64,000 bases of DNA from Alphaproteobacteria bacterium (GCA_965261735.1 OZ253470.1:2528001-2592000); one strand, 5' to 3'; counted from the first letter of the stretch, positions 10,327-23,390 are shown. The notes: generated by a model not told the origin, from the sequence alone. Translations and numbers: made by a program.

Positions 10327-11977
10327 CGATCTGTTCGACGCACTCGGTCTCGTTGAATTGCGCGGTGTCGACGACGAGTTCGGCGCGCTCGGGCGCCTCG
10401 TAGGGCGCCGAGATGCCGGTGAAGTCGGCGATCTCGCCGGCCCGCGCCTTCTTGTAGAGACCCTTGGGGTCACGGGTCTCGCAGGTTTCCAGGCTGCACT
10501 TGACGTAGATCTCGTGGAACCCCGCGGGCAGCGCCGCGCGCGCTCGGTCACGGTCCGAGCGGTAGGGCGAGATGAAGGCGGTAACCGTAATCATGCCGGC
10601 TTGGGCGAACAGCGCCGCAGCCTCGCCGATCCGGCGAATGTTTTCCGCGCGATCCTCCGGGGAAAACCCGAGATTGGCGTTGAGGCCATGGCGCACGTTG
10701 TCGCCGTCGAGGATATGAATATGGTAGCCGCGGCTGAACAGCTCCTTCTCCAGCGCTATGGCCAACGTCGACTTGCCGGATCCCGACAGTCCTGTGAGCC
10801 ACAGGACGCCACCTCGGTGGCCGTTGCGGGCGGCCCGCATGTCGTCGCTCACCCGATGCTCGACCCGCGCGACGTTGGTGGCGCGCACCGTAATCAGATC
10901 GCGCTGGTCGGCATAGCCGCGCATGCTGACGCGTCCGCCGCCGACCAGGACGCCGTCGTCGTAGAGCAGGAACCGGCCGGTGGCGGCGCACGCCTCGAAG
11001 GGATCGAGGGCGATCATCTCGGAGACGCGGAGCACGGCCTCGAGGTTTCCGGCGGGCTCGCTTTCGGAGACCGACTGCACGCTGACGGGCAGTTCGCGTC
11101 CGTGGAGGCGCAGCGTGTAGCTGGCGCCGGCCGCGGGCGGCGTCGCGCCGAGCCAGCACAACTGCCCGAGGAAGACGTCGGTCTCTACCGGTAGCGTGAC
11201 CATGTGGCTCGCGAGGTCGCCGGGGCGCGGCACTACGTGCTGATCGATGTCGAGATCGGCGAGCTCGCCTCTGTCGGCCTCGCCCGCCGGCCGACCGGCA
11301 ACGTGCAGCCGCACGACCTCGGCCTCGCGATTCGACGGCGACAGTACCAATCGATCGCCCACGCCGACGCGGCCGCTGACGACGCGAGCGGTCAAGGCGG
11401 CGCCCGATTCGGTCTCGCTCGCGGCCTCGATGACGGCGCGCAAGGGTGCCTCTCTACGCGCCGCGGAAACGAGCTCGCCGAGCGCCGCCTTAAGGGATGC
11501 GGCGTCGCTATCAAGTGGCAGAACGAACAGGGGCGCGATGCCGTGCACCTCGAACAAGGAGGCGACTGGGCGCTCGCCAGCCGCGACGACGCCGAGCGGG
11601 GAGACGCCGAACTGGCCGAGAATGGCCGCCAGCCCACGAATCGCGTCTTCGGTCGTGTCGTCGAGTACGCAGATCGCGGCATCGACGACGCCGTTCGCGG
11701 CAACGGCCGTGAGAATGCCGGGATGATCGTTAGCCTCAATGAGGCGGTAGCGGCCGTACTCAAGCCTGACTATGGGCGTAGCCCCAGGCCGTCGGGTGGC
11801 GAGCGCGGCGTCGAGCGCGGCGGCAGCGCCTTCGCGACCAACGACGAGAACCGCGCGCGCCGCGTGAGCGGCTTCAACGGGCGCCCGCAGACGATGCTCC
11901 TTCTTCTTGGCGACGGGCTCTTTCACGCCGGCCGCACCCCCTCTGCGCCATCGCTTGGTTAAAGAATGGTCCGGCAA
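10286..11977 (-). CDS. cysC: Adenylyl-sulfate kinase fused to degenerate CysN-like N-terminal region (start uncertain)
   Basis: [11 protein letters not shown]-loop, [28 protein letters not shown]; upstream EF-Tu domain II/III-like segments without G1/G3 GTPase motifs. Confidence 0.85.
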   Translation of the reverse strand: MPDHSLTKRWRRGGAAGVKEPVAKKKEHRLRAPVEAAHAARAVLVVGREGAAAALDAALATRRPGATPIVRLEYGRYRLIEANDHPGILTAVAANGVVDAAICVLDDTTEDAIRGLAAILGQFGVSPLGVVAAGERPVASLFEVHGIAPLFVLPLDSDAASLKAALGELVSAARREAPLRAVIEAASETESGAALTARVVSGRVGVGDRLVLSPSNREAEVVRLHVAGRPAGEADRGELADLDIDQHVVPRPGDLASHMVTLPVETDVFLGQLCWLGATPPAAGASYTLRLHGRELPVSVQSVSESEPAGNLEAVLRVSEMIALDPFEACAATGRFLLYDDGVLVGGGRVSMRGYADQRDLITVRATNVARVEHRVSDDMRAARNGHRGGVLWLTGLSGSGKSTLAIALEKELFSRGYHIHILDGDNVRHGLNANLGFSPEDRAENIRRIGEAAALFAQAGMITVTAFISPYRSDRDRARAALPAGFHEIYVKCSLETCETRDPKGLYKKARAGEIADFTGISAPYEAPERAELVVDTAQFNETECVEQIVSYVLAHFALRTN

Positions 11978-12108
11978 CCGCCGACCGGCGCAAGAAAGAC
12001 GACGACGGCCCTTTAAGTCAAGCGACCGACTGCCGTCGCGGCCCGCTTCCTTGCGCGCCGCGAAGGCCCCGGACTAGACTGGCGCACTCCGCTTGGGTCG
12101 GCAAAGCA

Positions 12109-12684
12109 ATGCGTCTCAACCTCGGCTGCGGCTTCGACAAGAGGGAGGGCTACGTCAACGTCGACAGGAATCCGGCCTGCGAGCCCGATCAGCTGCTGGA
12201 CTTCGATGCCATGCCGTGGCCGTGGCCCGACAGCTCCGCGGACGAACTGCTGCTGAAGCACGTTCTCGAGCACCTGGGCGCCGATCCCGGCGCCTATCTC
12301 GGCACCATCAAGGAGATGTGGCGCATCCTCAAGCCCGGGGGCACGGCCACGGTCACCGTGCCGCACCCGCGCCACGACCATTTCATCAACGATCCGACCC
12401 ACGTTCGCGCCATCACCCCGGCCGGGCTCGAGCTGTTCTCGCAGGCCAAGAACCGCGAGTGGATCGATAAGGGACTGGGCAACTCGCCGCTCGGCCTCGA
12501 GACCGGTATCGATTTCGAGATCGATTCAGTGAGCTTCGTGCCCGATGAGCCGTGGCGCGGCCGCTTCCAGCGCGGCGAGATCGAGACGGCGGAACTCACG
12601 AAGGCCGCCCGCATGTACAACAATGTCATCGTCGAGACGACCATCGTCCTGCGCGCCGTGAAGCCGGCCTCGGGCCCGACGTGA
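12109..12684 (+). CDS. SAM-dependent methyltransferase domain protein
   Basis: MRLNLGCG...YVNVD, HVLEHL, RILKPGG, DPTH. Confidence 0.85.
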   Translation: MRLNLGCGFDKREGYVNVDRNPACEPDQLLDFDAMPWPWPDSSADELLLKHVLEHLGADPGAYLGTIKEMWRILKPGGTATVTVPHPRHDHFINDPTHVRAITPAGLELFSQAKNREWIDKGLGNSPLGLETGIDFEIDSVSFVPDEPWRGRFQRGEIETAELTKAARMYNNVIVETTIVLRAVKPASGPT

Positions 12685-13952
12685 CGCAGGGGCGTGCCCC
12701 CTCGCATGGCGGGACGGCGGCGCGGTCGGTGACCTCGACGCCGCTGCTCGAGTTCGCGGCGACCGCCGATTTCCACTTTCGCCAACCCAACGCCTCGGCC
12801 GAGGCAGCCCAGCACGGCCGCGGCGGTGAGCGCTTTTTCACGACCTCGGAACAGTTCGCCAATCGCGCGCTCGCCGCCAACCCGGGACAGTTCCGAATCC
12901 TCAGCACGCGGCGCCAGGTTCGGGCGCTGGCCCGCGAGCGCTGGGCCCACACCTACTATGCCGGCAAGCGGGTGCTGTTCCTCCTGCCCTCCCAGGCGCT
13001 CGGCAGCAACGTGGCGACGCTCTTGTTCCTGCAGGCCTTCATCGAGCGCCATGCGCCGGGCGAGATTGGGGTCTTTTGCGCGCGCGCCGCGGTCGACATC
13101 TTTCGCACCAGCGACGCCGTTACCGTCTATCCCCTGTGGATCGAGCGGCGCGAGCTGGCGAGCTGGAACGTGGTCATCGATCTCGGCCAGCTCGAGAGCC
13201 GGCGCGACATCGAAGTTTGCCCGGTCGACATGGAGGCGGACCTGCTCGAGGCTTTCGAGCTCGAGCCCGCCCGCCGTTACGGCCCCGATGCGCGCCCGTT
13301 CGTGCAGGGCGATGGCGCTCGGATCGGGATATTGCCGCTGGCGTCGTCACCGCTGCGCACGCTTCCGCCGGCGGTCACCGAGGCGTTGTGCGCGGCGCTG
13401 GCGCCGCGCGGCGCCGTGACCCTGTGCCTCAACCGCAACCAGCATCAGGGCGTGCTTTACCGCCAGGTGCTCGCGGGCAGGCTCGCGGACCACGTCGAAA
13501 TCATCGACGCGTTCGATTCGATCGCCGAGCTGCTCGCGGCGATCGAGTCGTTCGACTACGCGGTGTTGGCCGACAGTGGCCCGGCCCACATGACCAAGCT
13601 GTTCGTAACGCCAGGGGTCGCCGTGTTTACCTCAGCACCGGGCGAGGTATTGCAGGGCCGCTTTACCAACCTCGCGCGCTGGACGGTACCCTTCGCGGGG
13701 CCCCATTGCCGCGCTCCCTGCGGGCTCGCCAAGCTGCGCCAGACTGTGGACGGTAGGGTTGGCTGCATGGGCTCGCTCGGCGTGGCGCTCGATGTGTTGC
13801 CGGAAGTGCCGAGGCGGCGCGACGATGCCTTGACCGAGCGGCTGCTGCTCGCCGAGCCGGTACCTTGTGTCGGCGCGCTTGCCGCCGATCCGACGCCGCT
13901 CGTTGACTTCGTGATCGCCGACATAGACCGTCGCGCCGGTCAGGGCAGGTAG
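12681..13952 (+). CDS. Glycosyltransferase family 9 (heptosyltransferase-like) protein
   Basis: ALG N-terminal motif, ASSPLRTLP, ADSGPAH signature; GTGA overlap with upstream gene. Confidence 0.7.
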   Translation: MTQGRAPSHGGTAARSVTSTPLLEFAATADFHFRQPNASAEAAQHGRGGERFFTTSEQFANRALAANPGQFRILSTRRQVRALARERWAHTYYAGKRVLFLLPSQALGSNVATLLFLQAFIERHAPGEIGVFCARAAVDIFRTSDAVTVYPLWIERRELASWNVVIDLGQLESRRDIEVCPVDMEADLLEAFELEPARRYGPDARPFVQGDGARIGILPLASSPLRTLPPAVTEALCAALAPRGAVTLCLNRNQHQGVLYRQVLAGRLADHVEIIDAFDSIAELLAAIESFDYAVLADSGPAHMTKLFVTPGVAVFTSAPGEVLQGRFTNLARWTVPFAGPHCRAPCGLAKLRQTVDGRVGCMGSLGVALDVLPEVPRRRDDALTERLLLAEPVPCVGALAADPTPLVDFVIADIDRRAGQGR

Positions 13953-14767
13953 CCGAAGCGCTCCATCTGCTCGGCGTTGGCGGCAACCACGGCGTCGAGC
14001 TGCGCGGGGCTGAGTGCCTGGCGCCATTGGCCCGATCTGCCGACACGAAAGAAGTGCTCGGCGTGGGGGCTGCGCTCACCGAAGCCGTGACGATCCTCCT
14101 GCTGGCGCAGTGCCTTGAACGAGGAGAACTTGATCGCCCGCTTGAGCCGCTCGCGCGGCGGCGACAGCCCTAGGAACCGGGCTGTCGCGGAAAACGTCTT
14201 TTGCGCCGTCGCTTGCATGTCCTCGTAGCGGACAACGTGGAGCCCCCCATGAGGTTGCTGGGTCCAGCTCTTCACATGGTTCGACCACGAGGTGACGCCG
14301 ATCACCACGTGCTGATTGTGCGAGACCGAGGCAAAGTCGCGGTCGTTCAGCGCCTCGATCGCCCGATCGAGGGTGAGGCCGAAGTGCGGGGCCATCGAGA
14401 CCACCACGTCGAGCGGGTTACGCACGACGTAGATGGCGCCCACGGTGTGGTCCATGGTGATGAGCGGGACACCCTGGTCCTCGCCAAGATAGTTGTGGGT
14501 CTTGACGAACACGGAGTCGGCCGAGGTCCGCGCCATGCGCGCATGCACGCGCAAGCGCAGCGCCGCCATCTCGGCCCGGCTCAAGCCCTTGGCGGGACGG
14601 CCGGCCTCGGCCTCGTACCAGGAGTCGGCCGCATCGTCCAGGGTGAAGCGGCCGAGGTCGTTGACGTCCGCCGGGGCTAGCGTGTCGAGAAATAGGTTGT
14701 GCAGGAAGGCGCGCAGCCAGGTGTTACCCGATTTGGGGTAGGAGGCGAGCCAAATGATGCCGCCCAT
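13940..14767 (-). CDS. Sulfotransferase domain protein
   Basis: WLASYPKSGNTW (5'-PSB), KTH, RNPLDVVVS (3'-PB), RYEDM, FFRVGRSGQW. Confidence 0.92.
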   Translation of the reverse strand: MGGIIWLASYPKSGNTWLRAFLHNLFLDTLAPADVNDLGRFTLDDAADSWYEAEAGRPAKGLSRAEMAALRLRVHARMARTSADSVFVKTHNYLGEDQGVPLITMDHTVGAIYVVRNPLDVVVSMAPHFGLTLDRAIEALNDRDFASVSHNQHVVIGVTSWSNHVKSWTQQPHGGLHVVRYEDMQATAQKTFSATARFLGLSPPRERLKRAIKFSSFKALRQQEDRHGFGERSPHAEHFFRVGRSGQWRQALSPAQLDAVVAANAEQMERFGYLP

Positions 14768-14866
14768 GGCCAATCGATACGCTGTTTTGGTTTCGCCCGC
14801 CCGGTTCGCGCCGGGCACTCTAGGCGTTCGCGGCCCCGGCAGCCAGCTTTTCCGGGGTTGGGCGAG

Positions 14867-15007
14867 ACCCCCCTCCCTAACCCTCCCCCACCAAAAGGGG
14901 GGAGGGGACAACGCCGAGTCGGCAGGAGGCGATTTGCGCCACCGGAGGAGATGATTTCACCCCATGATCCCCCCTCCCCTTGTGGGAGGGGGTAGGGGAA
15001 AGGGGGC
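14867..15007. repeat. Second pair of inverted C/G-rich palindromic units
   Basis: ACCCCCCTCCCTAACCCTCCCCCACC..GGGGGGAGGGG (14867-14908) and CCCCCCTCCCCTTGTGGGAGGGGGTAGGGG..AGGGGG (14968-15007). Confidence 0.65.
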
Positions 15008-15071
15008 CGATGCGTTAAGTAGGATCGGGCGCCCCGCGCAATGTCCGAGGACCGCGTGCGTAAGACGTGAG

Positions 15072-15100
15072 GTAGGGGCGGTTTTGACACCCGCCCCTAC
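15072..15100. repeat. GTAG-type REP-like palindrome
   Basis: GTAGGGGCGG-N9-CCGCCCCTAC perfect 10-bp stem; related looser copy at 31777-31820. Confidence 0.65.
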
Positions 15101-15151
15101 CCGTTACCCCCCACCATGCCTTTGAACGCTGTGCTTGACGGATGTGCGCAC

Positions 15152-15182
15152 AAAAAGAAGGGCGGACCGAAGTCCGCCCTTC
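15152..15182 (-). terminator. Rho-independent terminator of the porin gene
   Basis: 11-bp stem GAAGGGCGGAC/GTCCGCCCTTC, UUCG tetraloop, followed by TTTTT on the minus strand. Confidence 0.88.
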
Positions 15183-15208
15183 CCCATCTCTGAAGATGTT
15201 GGCGTAAG

Positions 15209-16306
15209 CTAGAAGCTCAGGCGCGTGCCGACAGTGACCGTGGTCGCCGTCTGTTCCGCCGTGGCGGTACCGGCGTTGTCGTGCCAGTCGTAGTTCTTCA
15301 CGCCGGCCCTGAGCGTCATCCCCGGACCATAGGCGTAGTTGACGCCGATGCCGAGAACCGAGAGTCCGTCCTCGCCCGCCTCCTGGTTGGCGTAGCCGAT
15401 CCCGAAAGTCATTGCGCCCATTCGGTAACTGCCGGAGGCCGCCCAGGCTTCGATGTTGGTATCACCCGTTTTGCCCTGGTCGTCCTCGCGGTAGCCTGCG
15501 CCAATGGTGAAAGCGCCAAAGCCGAGGTTGGCGTGGACGGACCAATCGTTCCGGTCCTCCAGCGTCGCCTCCGCATTTTGCGCCTCGAGATTGCCGGACG
15601 AGGCACCAGCCGAGATCGAGAGGTTCACATCGCCGAACTTCTGCCGGAAGTTGCCGCCGATTTCAATGATCTCCGACTGCTGTGCGGCCTCATTGTCCGC
15701 CGGTAGCCGTGTATTTTTGCAGTTCTTCTTCCCCGCCTGGCAGAACTCCGGCATGTAGGAGATGCCGACCTGCAAGCCGCCGATCCTCGGCGTGAAGTAG
15801 TTCACCTTCTCGCGGTCGCCCGACACGAAGTAACCGCCGTAGGTAACCACACTGCCCACTTGGTTGTCGACCGGCGTGTTGGGCCAGATGACGGTCGCGA
15901 AGTCGGGTCCGCCGCCGCCGAAGGCAGACGGGTTGAAGACGTGCGTACGGGCATGGGCACCGTCGATGGCGCCGAACTCGAGGCGTCCGAACGCACCATC
16001 GAAGTAAATATAACTTTCGTCGATCTGATCGGCGCAGACCTCGGCCTCGAGCTGGACGTTGACGCCGACGGTGATGCCGTTGTCGAGCTCCGTCTCGCCG
16101 CGGAAGTAGATTTCCGCCTCACGGTAGAAGCCATGATTGCGCCGGTTTTCGCCGGCCTCGCCGGCACCGTCGTCCTTGTTGGCGTAGCCCCAGTAGGCCT
16201 GGAAATAGCCCCCCAGGGAGAGCTTGATCGGGTCGGCGGCCTGTGCCGGTGCGCCGATCGCGCCTGCGGCCACGAGCGCCGTCGTTCCTAAGAGCAGTCT
16301 CTTCAT
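15209..16306 (-). CDS. Outer membrane porin (alphaproteobacterial)
   Basis: Signal peptide MKRLLLGTTALVAAG..AQA, GETELDNG, IDESYIY, YFTPR, C-terminal Phe. Confidence 0.92.
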   Translation of the reverse strand: MKRLLLGTTALVAAGAIGAPAQAADPIKLSLGGYFQAYWGYANKDDGAGEAGENRRNHGFYREAEIYFRGETELDNGITVGVNVQLEAEVCADQIDESYIYFDGAFGRLEFGAIDGAHARTHVFNPSAFGGGGPDFATVIWPNTPVDNQVGSVVTYGGYFVSGDREKVNYFTPRIGGLQVGISYMPEFCQAGKKNCKNTRLPADNEAAQQSEIIEIGGNFRQKFGDVNLSISAGASSGNLEAQNAEATLEDRNDWSVHANLGFGAFTIGAGYREDDQGKTGDTNIEAWAASGSYRMGAMTFGIGYANQEAGEDGLSVLGIGVNYAYGPGMTLRAGVKNYDWHDNAGTATAEQTATTVTVGTRLSF

Positions 16307-16498
16307 TGTTACCCCTCTCCCATGAAACGGCAACGCACCCCCCAAGGCGCGCGGCCTGTCATCAACTGGCAGCATAGAGCCTGTTCGCTGCCTTTGCGTC
16401 AAGTGCCGCGGGCGCGGCTTATGCCAGTTTTCGCGCAGTGTTGCGATTTGGCAACTATCGGGCACGCCCTCTGGCGCGCCCTTTTGCGCCTCATGGGA

Positions 16499-18388
16499 TC
16501 AGCCGTCACCGCCCAGCGCGGCCAGCAGCGGCTCGAGATACCGGCTGTAGTGGCGCCAGCGTTCCAGCGAGGCCGTGTAGATCGGGCGGCGCACATGGTC
16601 GTAGCTTGCCGTGCCCACGAATCTCGGGTTGTCGAAGAATCGCAGGCACGCCTCATCCCATGGGAGTCCGCAAAAGTCGACGATCTCCCTACTCACCCGC
16701 TCCGGCTCGCGCACCAGGTCCTCATAGGCGACGCCGAGGATTGGAACGTCCAGCGTCTCGCGCCAGTGGGCCATGATACGGCGGTAGTCGTTGTGGAAGG
16801 TCCCAAGATGGGCGAGATGCCGGCTGTACCCGTGGCGTTCGCCAAAATTCTGGAAATAGCACGACAGGCAGGTGTCCCGGGGATCACGCGTCGTGTGAAT
16901 CACGCCCGCACCTGGAAACAGCAGCGCGATCAGCCCGAGGTGGGAGAAGTTGAGCGGCGTCTTGTCGGTGACGCGCGTTGCGCCGCCTCCGATGGCCGCG
17001 AGACGGCCGAGACAGCGGCGCGCGCACTCATCGACAACGGCCTGGGTCAGACCGGAGATACAATCGGGGTAGTCCTCTTCGGTGCCGAGTCGGCCCGGCA
17101 AGGAGTTGGCGATATCGCTGATGTCGGTCAGCTCGCCGCCGCCTGTCACCTCGGGATGGCTGGCCAGGATCTGTTCGACGAGAGTGGTGCCGGAGCGCGG
17201 CATGCCGACGATGAAGACCGGAAGCGTGCTGGCGACTCCCGCGCGCGGCAGCGCGGCCATGGTGTCGCGCGCGAACGCCGCTATCAGGCCCGCGAATGCG
17301 CGGGACTGGTCCCACGGATCGTAGCTCGTCTCGAAGAGGTCGTTGGCCGTCTGAAAATGGGCGAACGCCATATCCCAGGCCTCGCCGTCGTCGTAGAGCT
17401 TGCCGAGGGCGAAATGGAGGAGCTGCTGTTGCTGGGCGAGCAGCCCGCCCTCTTTGAGGATGCGCTCGATGAGGGCCACGGCCTGTTCGCGCTCGCCGAA
17501 GCGCTCGGCCAGACGGCCGTAGGCGAGGGCGATCGCCGGGCTTGCGTTCCCGGCCTCGACAAGCGGAACCAGGAGCGCGCGCGCGGCGGCGAAGTCGCGC
17601 TTGCGCTCGTGGATGTCGGCCTGGCCGGCGAGCGCCTGATTGAGGCCTGGGCGCATCGCCAGCGCGGTTTCGTAGGCGGCCATCGCCTCGTCGAGCGCGC
17701 CCGAATCGCGCAAGGCATTGGCGAGGTTGACCCAAGTCTCGGCCACCATGGGATGCATGGGCTCGAGGCGCAGCGCCTCGCGGTAGGCGGCGACGGCCTG
17801 GTCGAGCCGGCCCCGGCGGTGCAGCACGAAGCCGTGCCCCGCGTGAAGCTCGGCGCTCACCGGATCGAGTCTTATCGCCTCGCCGTACGCCTCGATGGCC
17901 TCGTCGAAGCGGCCCGCCGAGCGGCATGCGAGCGCCAGGTTGGTGCGCGCCGGGGCGTTGTCGGGGGCATGCTCGACCGCTAGGCGCAAGCTCGCGACCG
18001 CGCCGTTGAAATTCCCCAGCGTCGCCAAGGTGTTTCCTAGGTGGAAATGGGCGATCGCGTCGTCGTGCTTGAGCTCGACCGCTTCGCGCAGGCTCGCCTC
18101 GGCGTCCCTCGCGCGCCCGGCCGCGAGCAGGACAATGCCGCGATTACCGTGATAGGTGGACGCGAGCGGGCGGATGGCGATGGCTTGGTCGATGAGCTCG
18201 AGCGCGCCTTCGTTGTCGCCCGCCTGATGCGCGATCATGCCGAGCAGGTGCAGGGCGTCCGGATGGCCCGGCGAGGCCGCCAGGACTTGGCGGTAGCCGC
18301 GCTCGGCGCCAGCCAGGTCGCCGGCCTGGTGGCGGCTGATCGCCTGATCGAGGAGCTGCGAAAGGTGGGGCGCCGCACTGTCGCTCAT
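16499..18388 (-). CDS. TPR-containing sulfotransferase
   Basis: Multiple TPRs, then IVGMPRSGTTLVEQILASH, DKTP, RDPRDTCLS, TASYDHVRRPIY. Confidence 0.92.
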   Translation of the reverse strand: MSDSAAPHLSQLLDQAISRHQAGDLAGAERGYRQVLAASPGHPDALHLLGMIAHQAGDNEGALELIDQAIAIRPLASTYHGNRGIVLLAAGRARDAEASLREAVELKHDDAIAHFHLGNTLATLGNFNGAVASLRLAVEHAPDNAPARTNLALACRSAGRFDEAIEAYGEAIRLDPVSAELHAGHGFVLHRRGRLDQAVAAYREALRLEPMHPMVAETWVNLANALRDSGALDEAMAAYETALAMRPGLNQALAGQADIHERKRDFAAARALLVPLVEAGNASPAIALAYGRLAERFGEREQAVALIERILKEGGLLAQQQQLLHFALGKLYDDGEAWDMAFAHFQTANDLFETSYDPWDQSRAFAGLIAAFARDTMAALPRAGVASTLPVFIVGMPRSGTTLVEQILASHPEVTGGGELTDISDIANSLPGRLGTEEDYPDCISGLTQAVVDECARRCLGRLAAIGGGATRVTDKTPLNFSHLGLIALLFPGAGVIHTTRDPRDTCLSCYFQNFGERHGYSRHLAHLGTFHNDYRRIMAHWRETLDVPILGVAYEDLVREPERVSREIVDFCGLPWDEACLRFFDNPRFVGTASYDHVRRPIYTASLERWRHYSRYLEPLLAALGGDG

Positions 18389-18618
18389 CGCCGTCTCGGA
18401 CCGGCCGCTACCGTGATGCGCGCGCATCTTATCGAGATTACATCAAGCGCGCACCCCCGGCGCGCTTGCGGCGCGCATTTGGCGCGGGCGGCGCCCGCCG
18501 CAGACCATCACGGCGTTGTGAAAACACCCGCGTTCAGGGTAAGATGGGCCGACAAACAAGCCGGGCGGCACGAGGGGCGTCGCAGAAGGGCCGCGCAGGG
18601 CGTCGGGGATACACTGGC

Positions 18619-19161
18619 ATGAGCATCCGCAGAGAGAGCTTTGGGCTCGCCGCGCGCGCCATCGCGGGCTTCCTGCTCGTGGCGCTCGTCGGCTGCGACC
18701 TGCCGCGCGAATACTCCTACCCGATTTCGGACGGAAAGCGCTCCACCATCTACACCGGCGAGGTGCGCGAGTCGGTGTTCGGCCCCGGCGGAATCACCTT
18801 CGGCGGCCCCGACCGGCCCGAGACGCAGGGCGGCGGCGGAATCGGGGTCAACAGCTTCCTGTGGCGGGCGTCGCTCGATACGCTGTCCTTCATGCCCTTG
18901 GCCTCGGCCGACCCTTTCGGTGGCGTGATCATCACCGACTGGTACAGCCCGCCGGAGTTCCCCGACGAGCGATTCAAGATCACGGTCTACATCCTCGACC
19001 GCCAGCTCAGGGCGGACGGCCTCAAGGTCGCCGCGTTCCGCCAGCAGCGCAAGGGCGCCGCGTCGTGGCGCGATGCGGCCGTCGCCAAGGAAACGGCGAC
19101 CGACCTGGAAAACGCCATCCTGACCCGCGCGCGCCAGCTGCGCATCGCCACCGCACCCTAG
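18619..19161 (+). CDS. DUF3576 domain lipoprotein
   Basis: Lipobox LVGC; GVNSFLWRASLDTLSFMPLASADPFGGVIITDWY; position directly upstream of leuS. Confidence 0.88.
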   Translation: MSIRRESFGLAARAIAGFLLVALVGCDLPREYSYPISDGKRSTIYTGEVRESVFGPGGITFGGPDRPETQGGGGIGVNSFLWRASLDTLSFMPLASADPFGGVIITDWYSPPEFPDERFKITVYILDRQLRADGLKVAAFRQQRKGAASWRDAAVAKETATDLENAILTRARQLRIATAP

Positions 19162-19273
19162 GCGCAAACAGGAACGCGTCGGCCTCTGCCGCAAGCGCGA
19201 AGGCGCTTGCACGGCAGCGCGGTCGCGAACATGATCGTGCGCCCGGCTCGGAGCGCCACAAAGACGGCACGGC

Positions 19274-21824
<2,551 letters not shown>

Positions 21825-21838
<14 letters not shown>

Positions 21839-22334
21839 GCGTCTGACCGCGGGCGCTCTCCTGCTTGGCCTTGCCGCGTGCGGTTTCCAGCCGCTGTACG
21901 GCAAATACGCCGACGGCAATGTTCCCTCCCGGTTCGCCGGCATCGAGGTGGTGCCGATACCCGATCGTGTCGGCCAGCTCCTGCGCAACCACCTGCTCGA
22001 CGCGCTCACGCCGGCGGGCCCGCCCGCCACGCCGCGCTACCGCCTCCAGGTGAGCATCCGCACCTCACAGGAGGCGGTTGTGCTACAGAAGGACGATTCG
22101 GCGACGCGGCGCAACCTCACTCTGCGGGCCGAGTATGTCCTCGCCGATCTCTCCAGCGGCGCGACAATGGCACAGGGCGTGACCCATGCGGTCGCCTCCT
22201 ACAACGTCGTGCGCTCGGATTTCGCCACCTTGACGGCGGAGCAGGACGCGGCGCGCCGCGCGGTGCGCACGGTCAGCACCGACATCGTGACGCGGCTCGC
22301 GGTCGCACTCGCGGTGCCCGGTCGGGGCGCGTAG
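21825..22334 (+). CDS. lptE: LPS assembly lipoprotein LptE
   Basis: Lipobox [10 protein letters not shown]; lies between leuS and holA. Confidence 0.85.
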
Positions 22335-22343
22335 GCACGAGCC

Positions 22344-23390
22344 ATGAAGCTTAGCGGTCGGCGCGCCGAGGCGTTCGTCGAGCGGCCCGATCCGGCGGTG
22401 CGCGCGGCGCTCCTCTATGGCGCCGATGCCGGGCTCATCGCGGAGCGGGCGCGCGCGCTCACCCTCGCCGTGGTCGAGAATGCGAGCGATCCGTTTCGCA
22501 TTACCGAGCTTGCGGGGGCCGCGATCGAACGCGAGCCTGCGCGCCTCTCCGACGAGGCCGCGGCCTTGGCGTTCCTCGGCGGGCGTAGGGTCGTTCGCGT
22601 ACGCGATGGGGGTGATGGCCTGGCGCCGCTGTTCGCGCGCTGGTTCGCCGACTCGGTGGGCGAGGCGTTGGTCATCGTCGAGGCCGGAGAGTTGCGCCCG
22701 CGCTCGGCACTGCGCCGCCTTTTCGAGGAGACGCCTGATGCCGCCGCCCTCCCCTGCTACCCCGACGAGGGCGGCGCGCTCGATCGCCTGATCGACGACG
22801 CGTTGAGGAACTTCGGCCTCGCGATCGACGCCGACGCCCGCGCCTATCTCGGCCAGCGCCTCGGCGGCGACCGCGGCGTCAGTCGCCGCGAGCTCGACAA
22901 GCTGGCGCTCTACGTGGCCGCCGGCGGCAACGGTGAGCGGAGTGTCGCGATAACCCTGGACGATGTGCGCGCGTGCGTTGGCGACAGTACGACGATCGGA
23001 CTCGAGGATCTGGCGATGGCGGTCGCCGACGGTGACCCACGGGCCCTCGATAGGCTGATGGCGCGGTCGGCGCTCGAGGCCGCGGCGCCGGTGGCGCTAC
23101 TGCGCGCGACCGCCCGCCACTTCCAGCGCCTGCACCGCGCGTCGGGAGCGCGCGATACGGGCGCGTCCGAGAAGAGGGCAGTTTCGGACTTGAAACCACC
23201 GCTGTTTTTCAGGCACGTGGAGGCCGTCATCGATCAGCTCAGGCGGTGGCAAACGCCTGCGATTAATGACGCTCTCGAAATCATTTCGGAAACAGAATTA
23301 CTATGCAAATCCACCGGCGTCCCGGCGCGCGCCGCGTGCGGACAGGCACTACTGAGGGTCGCCGCGCTAGCGCCCCACGGCACCCGCTAG
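22344..23390 (+). CDS. holA: DNA polymerase III subunit delta
   Basis: LLYGADAG, ELDKLALY, PPLFF; leuS-lptE-holA synteny. Confidence 0.93.
   Translation: MKLSGRRAEAFVERPDPAVRAALLYGADAGLIAERARALTLAVVENASDPFRITELAGAAIEREPARLSDEAAALAFLGGRRVVRVRDGGDGLAPLFARWFADSVGEALVIVEAGELRPRSALRRLFEETPDAAALPCYPDEGGALDRLIDDALRNFGLAIDADARAYLGQRLGGDRGVSRRELDKLALYVAAGGNGERSVAITLDDVRACVGDSTTIGLEDLAMAVADGDPRALDRLMARSALEAAAPVALLRATARHFQRLHRASGARDTGASEKRAVSDLKPPLFFRHVEAVIDQLRRWQTPAINDALEIISETELLCKSTGVPARAACGQALLRVAALAPHGTR

Noticed and set aside
16371-16402. TTGACG...TATGCT upstream of the porin
   Set aside because: The 20-bp spacer is too long for a confident sigma-70 call
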